64,000 nt of DNA from an uncultured delta proteobacterium (GCA_963696385.1 CAVOKF010000005.1:320001-384000), one strand, 5' to 3'. Numbered from the stretch's first letter, positions 28,308-40,484 are shown. Translations and numbers: made by a program. Notes: a model not told the origin generated them from the letters alone.

Positions 28308-29474
28308 TCAAGCCACCCTTCGGACGGCATCGATCACTCGCTGCTGCGATACGCGCCACGCTGGAATGGCGCCGGCGAGTCCGCCGAGGGTCGCCGCGAG
28401 CGAGATGGCGAGCAGTGCGTTTGCCGTCTCCAGCCGGAAGTACGGGAACAGCGATCCCATGTTCTCCTCGATGAACCGGCCCGCGCCGAAGTTGATGAAA
28501 GGCCAGGCGAACGCGATCCCCAGGATGCCCCCGAAGAGACCCATGACGAGCGACTCGCCGACGATCCAGAAGGCGATGTGCCGGGGCAAAAAGCCGACGG
28601 CCCGCAGCACGCCGTACTCGCCCGTTCGCTCGCGGACCCCCATGGCGATCGTGTTCCCGAGGATGAGCGTCATGATGATCAGAATGACCGCTGAAACGAT
28701 GTCCATCGCCTGGAGCACAGCGGAAAACATGGCGAGGAAGGACGAATTGAAGCTGTGCTCATCTTGCGACAGAGTGGGCGTGTCACGGTCCTCGAAACGC
28801 TTGTCCAATGCCGCGCCGATGTCGGCAACGTGCGCGGGATCGTCGACGCGGCTGACGATCCAGCCCACCGTATCGCGCCGGTCCGGCGGCAGCGCGTCGT
28901 TCAGGTAGTCCCAGTGAAAAATAAGCGTTGAGCGGTCGACCGACTTGGCAGCGGCGGCATAAATGCCGTCGATGGTGAACTGCCAATCGCCGGAGAAGAT
29001 GCCGCTCTCGAGCGCAATTCGATCGCCGACCTTCCACCCCAATTTCGTGGCCAACACGTCGCCCACGATCGCTCCCTGCCGATCGTGCTTCCACGTCTCC
29101 ATCGCTTGAGGAGCGACCCTCATCTCGTCGTAGACGTCGAAGTACGTCGTCGCATCGACCGCTAGCGTGCTGAAAAACTCGCGGTCGTGCTGCGGATCCT
29201 TGCCGCCGAACCAGTTCGCCCAGGTGACGGCCCGGACATGAGGAGTCTCTCGAACGAACTCGACGTAGCGCTTGGGCAGCGTCATGACGAACGTAACTTT
29301 GTGTCGAGTGACGATCCGGTCCTTGGCGGCCCATTCCGCGCTGCTGTGCCACGACCAGATCACCGTGCGAAGAAGCAGGAAGGCGACGATGGCGATCGCC
29401 ACGCCGGCGACGGTCAGCGTCAGCCGGAATTTGTTCCGTGCGAGATTGCGGACCGCGAGCGACGCAAACGTCAT
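28308..29474 (-). CDS. ABC transporter permease (MacB/FtsX family)
   Basis: RNLARNKFR, WFGG, VRERTGEYGVLRAVGF. Confidence 0.93.
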   Translation of the reverse strand: MTFASLAVRNLARNKFRLTLTVAGVAIAIVAFLLLRTVIWSWHSSAEWAAKDRIVTRHKVTFVMTLPKRYVEFVRETPHVRAVTWANWFGGKDPQHDREFFSTLAVDATTYFDVYDEMRVAPQAMETWKHDRQGAIVGDVLATKLGWKVGDRIALESGIFSGDWQFTIDGIYAAAAKSVDRSTLIFHWDYLNDALPPDRRDTVGWIVSRVDDPAHVADIGAALDKRFEDRDTPTLSQDEHSFNSSFLAMFSAVLQAMDIVSAVILIIMTLILGNTIAMGVRERTGEYGVLRAVGFLPRHIAFWIVGESLVMGLFGGILGIAFAWPFINFGAGRFIEENMGSLFPYFRLETANALLAISLAATLGGLAGAIPAWRVSQQRVIDAVRRVA

Positions 29475-30172
29475 GAGACGAGCTTCCCCTTGTCGAGGCG
29501 TCGTATGATCCGGGCGCGTTCCGCGGCCGCGGGGTCGTGCGTGACCATGAGGATCGTTTTGGACAGTTGCGTGTTGAGCTTCTCGATCAAGGTCAGAATC
29601 TCGTCGGCGCTCTTCCGGTCGAGATCGCCGGTCGGCTCGTCCGCGACGATGATCGTCGGGTCGTTCACGATGGCGCGCGCGATGGCTACCCGTTGCTCCT
29701 GCCCGCCGGAGAGCTGTCGCGGATAGTGCTCCACGCGGTCTTCCAAACCCACTACCCGAAGCGCCGTCTGGGCCCGCTTCCGGCGTTCGGTTCGGCCAAG
29801 GTGCGTGAGCAAAAGCGGCAGCTCGACGTTTTCGAGCGCCGTCAAGACCGGGAGCAAGTTGTACGACTGGAATACGAACCCAATCGTATTGGATCGCCAC
29901 TTGGCGAGCGCTCCCTCGCTCATCCCGTCCAGACGTCTGCCTGCGACTTCGACACCCCCCGACGAAGGGCGATCGAGGCCGGCGATCAAGTTGAGAAGCG
30001 TCGTCTTGCCCGAACCCGACGGGCCCATCAACGCCTCGTACGAACCGGCGGGTACGTCCAGGTCCAGCTCTTCGAGCACCTGCACCCTTTCGCTGCCGCG
30101 CTCATAGATCTTGGAAACGCCGCGAAGCCGAACGATCGGAGCCTGCGTCTCCCGCTTCTCTGAGTCCGTCAT
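29471..30172 (-). CDS. ABC transporter ATP-binding protein (LolD/MacB type)
   Basis: GPSGSGKT, LSGGQEQR, ADEPTG, VTHD. Confidence 0.96.
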   Translation of the reverse strand: MTDSEKRETQAPIVRLRGVSKIYERGSERVQVLEELDLDVPAGSYEALMGPSGSGKTTLLNLIAGLDRPSSGGVEVAGRRLDGMSEGALAKWRSNTIGFVFQSYNLLPVLTALENVELPLLLTHLGRTERRKRAQTALRVVGLEDRVEHYPRQLSGGQEQRVAIARAIVNDPTIIVADEPTGDLDRKSADEILTLIEKLNTQLSKTILMVTHDPAAAERARIIRRLDKGKLVS

Positions 30173-31407
30173 CCGGCGTTCCTCTCTTTGACGGCTTGAC
30201 CGTCGCGCAGTGTCGCGGGAGGGTCGCGGATGATTTTGGTCCCGGGCTCGGGACCGTCGAGGAGTTCGAAGCCGCCGGCGAACGGCGGACCGAGCCTGAC
30301 GGCGACCATGCGTACGCGGCCGGCGTCGAAAACATAGACCACCTTCGCGCCGTCGCGATTGGCGACGGCGGGACCCGGCACGATCTTCTTCGGGGGCTCG
30401 CTCAGGTGCTTGGGATCGAGCGCGGAGTTCAAAAAAGATACTCGAGCGGCCATTTCGGGCAAGACCGTATCGTCTCGGTCGAGAAATCGCACCTTGACTG
30501 TCGCCGACGCCTTGGCGCGGTTCAATTGCGGACTGATCTCGACGACTTCGCCTCGCCACCGCTTGTCGGGATACGCGTCGAGGATGATCTCGCACGGTCC
30601 GAGGTTGCGCACCAGATGAAGCCTTCCCTCGGGAACGTCGGTCTCGACCACAATCGATGCGAAGTCGGCGATCTTGGCCATGGAAGTCCCTGGCGTGACG
30701 ACGTCGCCTGGTTGCAGGGGCTTGGTGACGACCGTGCCGTCGATGGGTGCGCGGATCGTCGTGTTGGCGAGGTTCGTGGAGAGTGCGACGACCTCGGCTT
30801 CGGATGCGGTCACGTCGGCATCCGCGGCGTGCACCTGTTCCTCGAGCGATTGGGCGCGGGCGGCAAGATCGTCCGCGGTCGCGGGCGCGATCGCACCCGT
30901 ATTCGCTAGTCTGCGCTCCCGATCGCGCTGCAAGACGATCTCGGCGAGCTGAGCTCGGGCCGTCGTCGCGCGGGCACGGGCCGCGGCGACGCGGGCGCGC
31001 GAGCTGGCTACGGCCACCCGCTGATCGCTCGGGTCCAACTCGAAGATGATCTGGCCGGCCTTGACCCGCTTTCCTTCGGCCACGTTCACTCGGTCGACGC
31101 GACCGACCAGCTTCGAAGAGACATCGACCTCGACTTGCGGAACGACGTAACCGGTTGAGGTGAGCTCGATTTGCGTTTGAGCGGGCGATAGCAGAGTCAC
31201 CTCGGTGACAGTCACTTCAGTCTGGAAGACCGCAGCTTCCAATAGGGGGCCGCCGATGCGGACGATCAGCGCAACGGCAATGCCGAGCAAGATCGCCGCG
31301 AAGACCCAACGCCACGCCCGCGTCGACGCGGGTCGCGACGGCGGGGGTCGATGCGCGCCGCGATCGATACGGAGGGACGCGAGATCGGATGCGAGTCGGT
31401 CGTCCAT
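30169..31407 (-). CDS. Efflux periplasmic adaptor (MacA-like membrane fusion protein)
   Basis: Single TM, TGYVV, coiled hairpin, IRAPIDGTV, LPEMAARV. Confidence 0.93.
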   Translation of the reverse strand: MDDRLASDLASLRIDRGAHRPPPSRPASTRAWRWVFAAILLGIAVALIVRIGGPLLEAAVFQTEVTVTEVTLLSPAQTQIELTSTGYVVPQVEVDVSSKLVGRVDRVNVAEGKRVKAGQIIFELDPSDQRVAVASSRARVAAARARATTARAQLAEIVLQRDRERRLANTGAIAPATADDLAARAQSLEEQVHAADADVTASEAEVVALSTNLANTTIRAPIDGTVVTKPLQPGDVVTPGTSMAKIADFASIVVETDVPEGRLHLVRNLGPCEIILDAYPDKRWRGEVVEISPQLNRAKASATVKVRFLDRDDTVLPEMAARVSFLNSALDPKHLSEPPKKIVPGPAVANRDGAKVVYVFDAGRVRMVAVRLGPPFAGGFELLDGPEPGTKIIRDPPATLRDGQAVKERNAG

Positions 31408-31424
31408 GGCCCTGACATCGGCTC

Positions 31425-32385
31425 TTAGGGCCGCGGGTCTCGCCAGGGCCTGCGTTCGAAACAGTCCTCGGGCAGCCGGCGGCGCGTGCGCGCCAGCCGC
31501 GTCTCGGCGATGAAGCGAGCAGTCACCGGATCGTGATAGCCGCTCGCGTCGGGAAGATCCCCACCTCCGCTTGGTGGTACCGGACGATCCGCGCCATGAG
31601 TAGGTCGCGCACCCACTTTCCGACGAGCGAAGCCATACTTACGAGCAGGTGATTGTCGTCGGCATCCCGAACGAAGGCGATGCGCCCGAGTCCCGGCAAA
31701 CAATATTCGCTTCGTGCGCGCCCTTGCTCCGCCACCGCGTGCAGCCGTCCATTCATAGGACCGAACGCGGCCGCGTACTGGTCGAAGCCACCCACCTTGC
31801 CACACGTCGCGACGACGTCGCGTTTGGCGCGCGCCCGTCCGTCGAGGAAAAGCCGCTCCATGGCGTGAAGGTCGACGTGAAACCGGTTGCGCCCGCGCCC
31901 GATTTCGTCGTTCAGCCGTCGGGTGCACGTGACGACGCATGCCACGTAAAGGACATCGATTCCCTGAGCGGCGAGTTTTGCGAGGTCCCGCTCGACGTCG
32001 GCGACGAGCGCGTCATCCGCCCTGAACGACTCGCCCGCACGATTCCAGCATTGCTCCGTGTGATCGGTCGGGCAACGCGCCCGCAGAACCGCCGGTCCGT
32101 CCAGGGAGAGGGCATGGACGAGGGCGTCCGGCCCCTCGAGGTTGGCGACGCCCATTCGTCGCGCGATGGCCCGCGCCCACGCTTCTCCGAGCGCCGTATT
32201 CCCGTGCCCGAGCAGCTTCTCTGGAGTCTCCGAGGCGTGCTCGCATCGCACCGCGCGCCCTCCGCTCGGCCCTTTCATGGCCTCCCCCCGTTGTGCGAGC
32301 CGCGATGGCCGTGACGATCAAAAGGGCCGAGCCGGGGTCCGAGCCCGTTTTCATCGATACCCAATCGAATGGCGTCGTCGTTCAC
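31425..32385 (-). CDS. RNase HII-like protein, split by three single-base indels (probably sequencing errors)
   Basis: Reconstructed GIDENGLGPRLGPL..GDSKK..DADDNHLLVSMASLVGK..RD..SGYHD; indels near 32320, 32221 and 31560. Confidence 0.75.
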
Positions 32386-32635
32386 GGGGCGTCGCAGGCC
32401 ATACAACCCCAGGTCACCGACTTGCTCAAGGACGGCGATGGGGCCGATGTCGGTCCTCTCGCAAGGACGTACGGAGGGCCCGCGACGGTTCGGGTCCGTT
32501 CACGGCTGAGCCGCCACCCGTGATCAGCGCGAATGTTCATTCTCACCGGACGAGGCGAGGGGTCCATTGCCGCAATGTTACGCCCGGCGCGTCTCGACCG
32601 ATGCCCCCATTCCGCCGCGCCGACGAAGGCATCGA

Positions 32636-32664
32636 TTGACGGCGGACATCGGGCTGCTTAACGT
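32636..32664 (+). promoter_or_regulatory. Putative sigma70 promoter of dksA
   Basis: TTGACG-N17-TAACGT, 68 bp upstream of the start codon. Confidence 0.55.
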
Positions 32665-32731
32665 GCTCGGCCCTCAGCGGCGACGGGAATCGCGAGCGTA
32701 TCGTGTTCAGGCGTACGGAGGCGCTCACCAC

Positions 32732-33094
32732 GTGAACAAGGCGACCCTCAAGAAGTTCAGGACGCTCCTCACCGACAAACGGGACGAGATCCTCAAGAAG
32801 GCGAAGCAGACTCTCGAGCAAGACATGACACTCGACACGGACGATTTGCCCGACGAGATGGATTTTGCGTCGAGCGAGTATCTTCAATCGTTCACCTTCC
32901 GATTGCGCGGACGGGAGAAGAGCTTTCTGGATAAAATCGAGAAGGCTCTTCGGAAAATCGACGAAGGGACGTTCGGTATCTGTGAAGAGTGCGGCGAAGA
33001 GATCCAGGTCAAGCGGCTGGAAGCGCGGCCCGAGACCACGCTTTGCATCCGCTGCAAGGAGGACCAGGAGCGAATGGAAAAGGACTACAGCTGA
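32732..33094 (+). CDS. dksA: DksA/TraR C4 zinc-finger transcription factor
   Basis: DEMDFAS coiled-coil tip, CEECGEEI..RLEARP..LCIRC; GTG start. Confidence 0.93.
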   Translation: MNKATLKKFRTLLTDKRDEILKKAKQTLEQDMTLDTDDLPDEMDFASSEYLQSFTFRLRGREKSFLDKIEKALRKIDEGTFGICEECGEEIQVKRLEARPETTLCIRCKEDQERMEKDYS

Positions 33095-33224
33095 GCGCAG
33101 GCTCGGCCCCAAAGACCGCTCTGCACGCCCGGCGGATGGGGACGGGCGGCGGCCGAGCGACCTGGTTTGATCGCGCTGCAATGACCCGCGCCTTCGTCCG
33201 CCTCGACCGCTCGCCAGGGCGCGG

Positions 33225-36178
33225 TCAGGCGCGTGCGGCAATCGCAGCCGGTGTGCTTCGCCGCAACACCTCGCGCAGGTAGCGTCCGGTGTGCGAACGC
33301 TCCACCTCCACCAGATGCTCCGGCGTGCCGGCCGCGACGATCTCCCCGCCGCCTTCGCCCCCTTCCGGCCCGACATCGACGACCCAGTCGGCGCACGCCA
33401 CCACGTCAAGATTGTGTTCGATGACGATGATTGTGTTGCCCTGATCTCGCAGATCCGTCAGCGCCGTGAGCAACACCTCGATGTCGGCGAAGTGCAGACC
33501 GGTCGTCGGCTCGTCGAGCACGTAGAGGGTCCGTCCGGTCGCTCGTCGAGACAGCTCTCGCGCGAGCTTCACGCGCTGCGCCTCACCCCCCGACAAAGTC
33601 GTCGCCGGTTGTCCGAGCGACACGTATCCGAGGCCGACCTTTCGAAGTGCCTCGAGCTTGTCGGCGATTCTCGGAACCGCTCCGAATAGCTCGGACGACT
33701 GTTCTACGGTCACGTCGAGCGCGTCGGCGATCGACAGTCCGCGGTACTTGACCTCGAGCGTCTCGCGGTTGTATCGGCGGCCGCCGCAGGCGTCGCAGGT
33801 CACGAAAACGTCCGGAAGAAAATGCATCTCCACGCGAAGCACGCCATCGCCTTGGCACGCTTCGCAGCGCCCGCCTTTGACGTTGAACGAGAAGCGCCCG
33901 GCCTTGTAGCCGCGCGCTCGGGCGTCGGGCAACCCGGCATAAAGTTCGCGGAGCAAGGCGAAGATGCCCGTGTAGGTCGCCGGATTGGATCGGGCGTGCG
34001 GCCGATGGGCGCTTGATCGATCGAAACGACCTTGTCGATGTGATCCAAACCATCCACGCGATCGCATTCGCCGACCGGTGCCGTAGCGTTGTAGAGCTTA
34101 GCCCGCGCCGCCGGTAGTAAGGTATCGACGATGAGGCTCGATTTACCGCTGCCGCTCACACCCGTTACGCACGTGAACAATCCAATGGGAATCTCGGCCG
34201 TGACATTTCGCAGGTTATGCGCTCGAGCGCCGACGACCCGCACGCACGCCTTGGTACGAGGTCGCCTCTTTTTCGGCACGGGCAACTGGCGGGCCCCCGT
34301 TAACCAGGGGCCGGTGATCGAATCCGGCGAGGCCATGAGCTCTGCAGGCGTGCCCTGGGCGACGATCTGACCTCCGTGCACGCCGGCGCCCGGGCCCATG
34401 TCGATCACGTGATCGGCCGAGAGGATCGCCTCGCGATCATGCTCCACGACGATCACCGTATTGCCGAGATCCCTGAGCCGGGCCTGCGCCTCGATGAGGC
34501 GTGCATTGTCCCGAGCGTGCAAGCCCACGCTCGGCTCGTCGAGTACGTAGAGAACGCCGACGAGCGCCGCTCCGATTTGGGTCGCCAGCCGAATGCGTTG
34601 TCCTTCGCCCGATGAGAGCGTTTGCGCACTTCGATCGAGGGTCAAATAGTCGAGTCCCACCTCGATCAAGAACCCGAGTCTCGCCGCAACGGCCTTGAGG
34701 AGCGGCTGAGCGATGGCCCGTTCGCGCGGGCCAAAAGCGTGCCCGTCGGCCTCGACCCCGTTGCTTCGTTCCTTGCCGAGACTCTCCACGAAGGTCCGTA
34801 CGTGCCGAAGCGGCAATGCACCGACTTGAGCGACATCCTTTCCTCCGAGCTTGACCGCGAGCGCCTCCGGGCGAAGCCGCTTACCCTTGCAGGCATCGCA
34901 CGTACGAGTCACGAGAAAGCGTCCGATCTCGTCGTCCGCGATGCCGCCCTCGCCGAGATCGGGGTCCTCATCCTCGCCGGGGTCCAACCGCGCCTCCGCG
35001 AGCATGGCAAGCCGTTGCTGCAGACGTGGGACGACCCCCTCGTAGCCTTTTTGACGTCCGATGTCCTTCCGTCGCGTTGCCGTTTTCGGCGAACGCCGCG
35101 CCGGCCGATCTTTCGGAGAGGTCTCCGGCGCGGTTCCGAACAGGATGGCCTTCCGCTTCTCCTCCGGCATCTTCGACCACGAGATGTCCGCGCTGATTCC
35201 AAGGGTCTCTACTGCGCGGACGACCTCGCTTGCGAGGGCCACGCTTCCCCGACGCCCCCAGGCCATGACGACCCCCTCGCGCAGGCTGTGCCGCGGGTCG
35301 CCGATGCAGCGCTCCGGGTCGATGACGTCGCGTGCCCCCAACCCGTCACAGGCCGGGCAAGCGCCGTGCGGGCCGTTGAAGGAGAACATGCGCGGTTCGA
35401 TTGGTGGAAGCGAGATGCCGCAATCGACGCACGCGAACCGTTCGCTCATCCAGAGCGGCTCGTCGTCGCCCGGCTGCACGAGCAGGCGTCCCTCGCCGAG
35501 CTTCAGCGCGAGCTCCACGCTGTCGGTCAAGCGGCCCTTGATCCCCTCCTTGAGAACGAGGCGATCGACGACGACGTCGAGGTCGTGCACGCGGGACCGA
35601 TCGAGTTCGATTTCATCACCGAGGTCGACGACCGATTCGTCGATGCGCGCGCGGACGAACCCCTCACGACGCAAGCGCTCCAGTTCGAGCTTGAGCTCCC
35701 CCTTTCGAGCGCGCGCGATCGGGGCTAGGACGCTGAGCTTGGTCCCATCGGGCATTGCGAGCACGCGATCGACGATCTGCTGCACCGTTTGCGCTTCGAT
35801 GCGTTTTCCGCAGCTCGGACAGTGAGGAATGCCTACTCGGGCGTAGAGAAGACGAAGGTAATCGGCTACTTCCGTGACGGTTCCGACGGTGGACCGCGGC
35901 GATTTGGAAAGCGGACGCTGTTCGATGGCGATCGCCGGGCTCAGGCCGTCGATTCGCTCCACGTCGGGTTTGGCTAGTTGTTCGAGGAATTGGCGCGCGT
36001 AAGCGCTCAACGATTCGACGTACCGTCGCTGGCCCTCGGCATAGATCGTGTCGAACGCGAGCGACGACTTGCCCGAGCCGCTTGGCCCGGTAAATACGAC
36101 GATCTTGCCACGCGGCAGACTGAGACTGACATTCTTCAGATTGTGCTGCCGCGCGCCGACGACGATCAGCCGATCCAA
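33225..36178 (-). CDS. uvrA: Excinuclease ABC subunit A; one-base frameshift at 33992-33994
   Basis: GARQHNLKN, two Walker A motifs (GSGKSS), LSSGEGQR and LSGGEAQR, zinc fingers; adding one G restores [15 protein letters not shown]. Confidence 0.96.
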
Positions 36179-36196
36179 GGGGAGTAGAAGCGGTTA

Positions 36197-36217
36197 GCAC
36201 GACGGTCGTTGTCGTGC
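36197..36217. promoter_or_regulatory. Inverted repeat immediately upstream of uvrA
   Basis: GCACGAC-N7-GTCGTGC, 19 bp from the TTG start; function unknown. Confidence 0.45.
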
Positions 36218-36472
36218 CCCGTGTGGTAGCTTTTGGGTGATGCCCGCCGAGCCGGCCGCCTCGGGGCGCCCTTCCGCGAACGAAACCGTCCGACGACGAT
36301 TGGCCACGATGCGTCATGCACGGGGATCGGGCAACGTGTGGGAATCGTGTCGTCACGCGAGAAGGCCAACCCGGCTTGTGATACGGGTAGATGACCCTTG
36401 GTCAGAGCGAGCACGTCATCGCTCTCGTCTACCGCGTCGAAACGCGGGGCTTTCGGGACGGCTCGTGTAGAC

Positions 36473-39400
36473 ATGTTCAAGGTCGAGTGCGAGTCGTGCA
36501 AGGCTCCCTACCAAATCGACGAACGCCGTGTTCCGCCCGGCGGTCTCAAGATGCGGTGCCCCAAATGCGGTCACTCGTTTGTCGTCACGGCGCCCGGTGC
36601 GGCGCCCGCTAAGGCCGCTGCGCCTGTGGCCCCACCGCCGGCCGGCTTGCCCCTTCGGCCGCCGGCGATCGCACCTCCAATCCCAGCCGAAGCACCCGCT
36701 CCGCCGGTGGCGGCCGCTCGACCGGCGCCCGCTCCGCCGGTGGCGGCCGCTCGACCGCCGCCCGTCCCGCCGGTAGCGGCCCCTCGACCGGCGCCCGCTC
36801 CGTCGGTGGCGGCCGCTCGACCGCCGCCTGTCCCGCCGGTAGCGGCCGGCCGGCCGCGGCCCGCGCCACCGGTAGCAGCCCTTCGACCGCCACCGGTCGC
36901 TGTGCCGGCCAAAGCCGCTCCCGCGCACATGGACAAGGCGGCCGCGCCCCACAAGATCATCGCCGGCGGCGCGCCACCCGCGTCCCCAGAGCGGAGCCTG
37001 CCTGAGGCTCGGGGCGAACTGCCTTCGGATTTCCCTGCCGCTCTTGGAGCGCTCGACGAGTCCGACCTTCCCATCGTCTCGGCGCACGCGCGGTCCGACC
37101 TTCCCACCGTCTCGGCGCACACGCGGTCCGACCTTCCCATCGTCTCGACGCAACGGCCGCTGCCTCGGGCGGTATCGGCGGCGACGCCGCAAACGTCATT
37201 TTCGCCCGGCTCTCACCATGGCGTTGCCGACGACTTCGGACTCGACTTGCCGGAGCCCGCCCCGCTTGAGTCGCCGACCGCGACCCGGAGCCGATCGATG
37301 TCTTGGCGCGATTCGGACTCGGATCTGCCGGCCGCTCTGTCCGACTTGCCAGCCCTCACGGCAAGCCTTCCCTCCCGGTCAAGTGTCGATCCCTCGGAGA
37401 GCGCCGGGCTCCCGGTACCCGCCGCAGCGCTGCCCGCGAAAGGACACTCCAAGGCAGCATCGGGCCATGACCTTCCCGTCCCGGTCACGCCTTCCCGGGG
37501 CTTCGGCGAGATCGAGCTCCCCAGTGTCGCCGAGGTGTTACCGGCGCGCACCGGGAGCGAGCCGACGGGATCGCCCCGCTTGGTTCCTGAGTCGGAGATG
37601 GCTCACGGCTTCGGCGAGATCGATCTCCCTCGGGAGGCGCCGACGATCCCAAAGCCTTCGTCGGATCCTCCGCTGCACCGCACCTCGGAGTCCTCCGAGT
37701 TCGGTGATTTCGAGCTCGAAGAGCCGCCGCCCCCGCGAAGGTCGTCAGGAGCTATGAACGCGGTCACTCGCCCCGAGTCGGGCGGCACTCCGGGCGGAAT
37801 GAACTTTGGTGAAGTCGATCTCGGAGGAGCCGACGGGTCGAATCCGTCCGATCGGTCCGGCGCCCTGCCCACGGTCGAAGGTGGTTCGTCGGCGGACTCC
37901 GACACCGATGCTCCCCCGGAGGCGACGTCGTGGAGACCTCCTGCCCCGGCCGTGGCGGCTTCACAGCCGATTGGTCGCGCAGCCTCCCCCGAGTCGACGA
38001 AACGGCGCGCTTCCCCTGGCAGGCTCGTCGCCTTGGTTGCGCTCATGCTTCTCCTGACCGGTGGCGCGGCGCTGCAACTGACGCCCTACGGTGCCTACGG
38101 GTATCTCGTTGTCACGGATGTGATCCGGTCCGGCGACTACGCCAGGGCCACTGCGACGGCCATGCGCGAGGCCGAGGCCACACTCGGTCCGGACACGTAC
38201 GAAGGGGCCAAGGCGGCCATGGCCTTGGCGTACGTGGCACACTCGCGTACGCCGCGAGCCAAACCGCTCACGGCATACGGTGCGCTCGTCGACTCGGCAG
38301 CCAGCCTGCGGTTCGGCGCGGACACGACGCGCGCGTCGCGCGCCAAGCAGCTCCTTCTGGAGCTCCCGCTGGATCAGGTCGTGAAGTATCGCGACGTCGC
38401 CATGGCCGCGCAGTTCGCCGAAGCAGGCGATTTCGTAAAGGCTCGCAGCAATCTCGACGTCGCGGGCAAGTACGATTCGACGGATCCCGTGCAGGTCGAG
38501 ATCGCGCTGCTGCGTGGCGACGTGGATCTCGCAATCGGCGACGGACTGGCGGCGCTGAGCGACTTCAAGCGTGCGCTGGCGTTGTCCGACGACGCACGCG
38601 CGCACTTTGGGCTCGCGCGCGCATTCGATTCGCTCGGCGAGGCTGCGAGCGCCAGGATGGAGATCGGTGCGACGCTCGCCAGATCGCCGAAACACATTGG
38701 GGCGCTCACGCTGCGCGCCCGGCGTCAGAGCGAAGCTGTGGACCCCGCCAGTGCAATCGCGGATCTGTCGACTATTTTGGACACCCCCGTACAGGCGGCG
38801 GCTTCTCCGGCCGAGCTGTCCGATGCGTACGCCGCGAGGGCGTGGGTGCGCTTGGAGCTCGGCGAAGCGACCGCTGCTCGGGAAGCCTTTGCGCGCGCGG
38901 TCAGCCTCAACCCGTCGAACATCGAGGCGCTGAACGGTGAAGGGCGGCTGTTGCTCAACGAGGGGCGCTACGCCGAAGCTCTCGCGCGGCTCGACAAAGC
39001 TCTCGAGCTCGCTCCCAATTCGCCTCAGACGATTGCAAGTGATGCCGAAGCCAAATTCGAACTCGAACGACTATCGGATGCCAAACAGCAGCTTGTTGCG
39101 GCGAGAGAGCGATTCCCGAAGAACATGGCCATTCTTCTGTTGCTCGCGCGGGTCGAAGAGCGGTCGGGTGAGGTCGATGCCGCGCAAGGCCACCTGCGCA
39201 TCGCGATCTCGACCGTCGACCCCTTGCGGCCCGAGGCGGTGCTGCCGTACATCGCACTCTGCGAGCTGGACTCTGCACGTGGCCGTCTGGACGACGCGAA
39301 AGCCGTCCTCGAGGACGCGAGGAAGGCGCTTCCGCCCTCGTCGGCGCTTGAGCGCGCGTTCGGCGAGTTCGACGAGCGTCAGGGCGACTTTGAAGGGGCG

Positions 39401-40484
39401 ATCGCACACTACCGGTCGGCCATAGCGAAGGGGCCGAAGGACGTTGCCGCTCACTTCCGGCTTGCGGTGGCTCTGCGCCGAGTTCGCCGGTTCGCCGACG
39501 CGTCGGTCGAGCTCGATCGGGTCGCCACGGTGGACCGCGATTATCCAGGAATCTTCCTTGAGCGAGGCCTTCTCTTCGAGGATTCAGGCGACGTTGAGCG
39601 TGCCATCGAGCAGTTCAAGAAGGCCCTCTCGAAGGCGCCCGAGGATCCAGACCTGCAGTTGCGCGTCGGATTCTGCCTACGTCGCAATTGGGCGGCCGGA
39701 CGATGCGCTACCGATGTTGCACAAAGTTCTCGACAAACGTCCGGCGAGCGCCGAGGCCAACCATTACATCGGTCGCGCTCTGTTGCTTCAGGGCGGGTCG
39801 GCACAGCCCGAGGCTCTCCGATATCTCAAACGCGCGGTCGAACTCGATCCGAATTCCGCTGAGTTCCACGTTTATCTGGCGTGGGCCGCCAACGACGTGA
39901 CCCCGGCGCAGCTAGAGCTTGCTCGGGACGAAATCGACCGCGCCCTGGCGCTCGACCAGATGAACGCCGAGGCTTACTGGCAGCGAGGCGTGCTCGAGCG
40001 CATGGAGGGGGCGATCGATGACGCCGTAGCGGACGAAAAGCGCGCACTCGAGCTGCGTCCCGCGAGGAGCGAAGCGCATGCGACATTGGCGGAATGTTAC
40101 GAAGACAAAAACGACGACGCTGCGGCGCTCGTCGAGTGGCCTCGTGCCCTCGCGGGCGATGGCGTCGGGTCTTCGGCGGATGCAACGATTGCACATCCCT
40201 ATTGGCACTATCGGTACGGCAAGCTTCTGTTCGAGAAAGGCAACGTTGCCGCGGCGGCCGCCCAGTTGGTCCCAGCGTCGGCCGCGGCGGAGAAGCTCGA
40301 GAGTCGGCCCGGCTGGGCTGCCCCGCTCGAGTTTCTGGTCGCCGAAGCGCTGCGAGGCGCGGGCCGCCGGGCCGACGCGGTCGACCACTATCGACGGTTT
40401 CTCGACATCGCGCCCGTCAATTCGCCGGACCGCTACGATGCGGAAAAGGCGCTTTCGCAACTCGCGGGCAAGCCCGACCGTTGA
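36473..40484 (+). CDS. MJ0042 zinc-ribbon / disordered linker / TM / TPR protein; one-base frameshift near 39671
   Basis: MFKVECESC..RCPKCGH, Pro-rich region, one TM, many TPRs; removing one base restores RVGSAYV and joins the two listed ORFs. Confidence 0.88.
36695..36892 (+). repeat. Coding tandem repeat, 6 x 33 bp (PAPPVAAARPx)
   Basis: Units alternate PAPPV and PVPPV, giving a 66-bp higher-order period. Confidence 0.9.
37061..37150 (+). repeat. Coding tandem repeat, ~2.7 x 33 bp (SDLPxVSAHxR)
   Basis: TCCGACCTTCCCA.CGTCTCG occurs three times. Confidence 0.9.

Noticed and set aside
33225..36178. uvrA as a pseudogene or programmed frameshift
   Set aside because: Both parts are fully conserved; one missing G beside GATC with no slippery heptamer; sequencing error is simpler.
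36695..37150. 33-bp repeats as CRISPR or ncRNA
   Set aside because: Contiguous, in frame, spacerless coding repeats.
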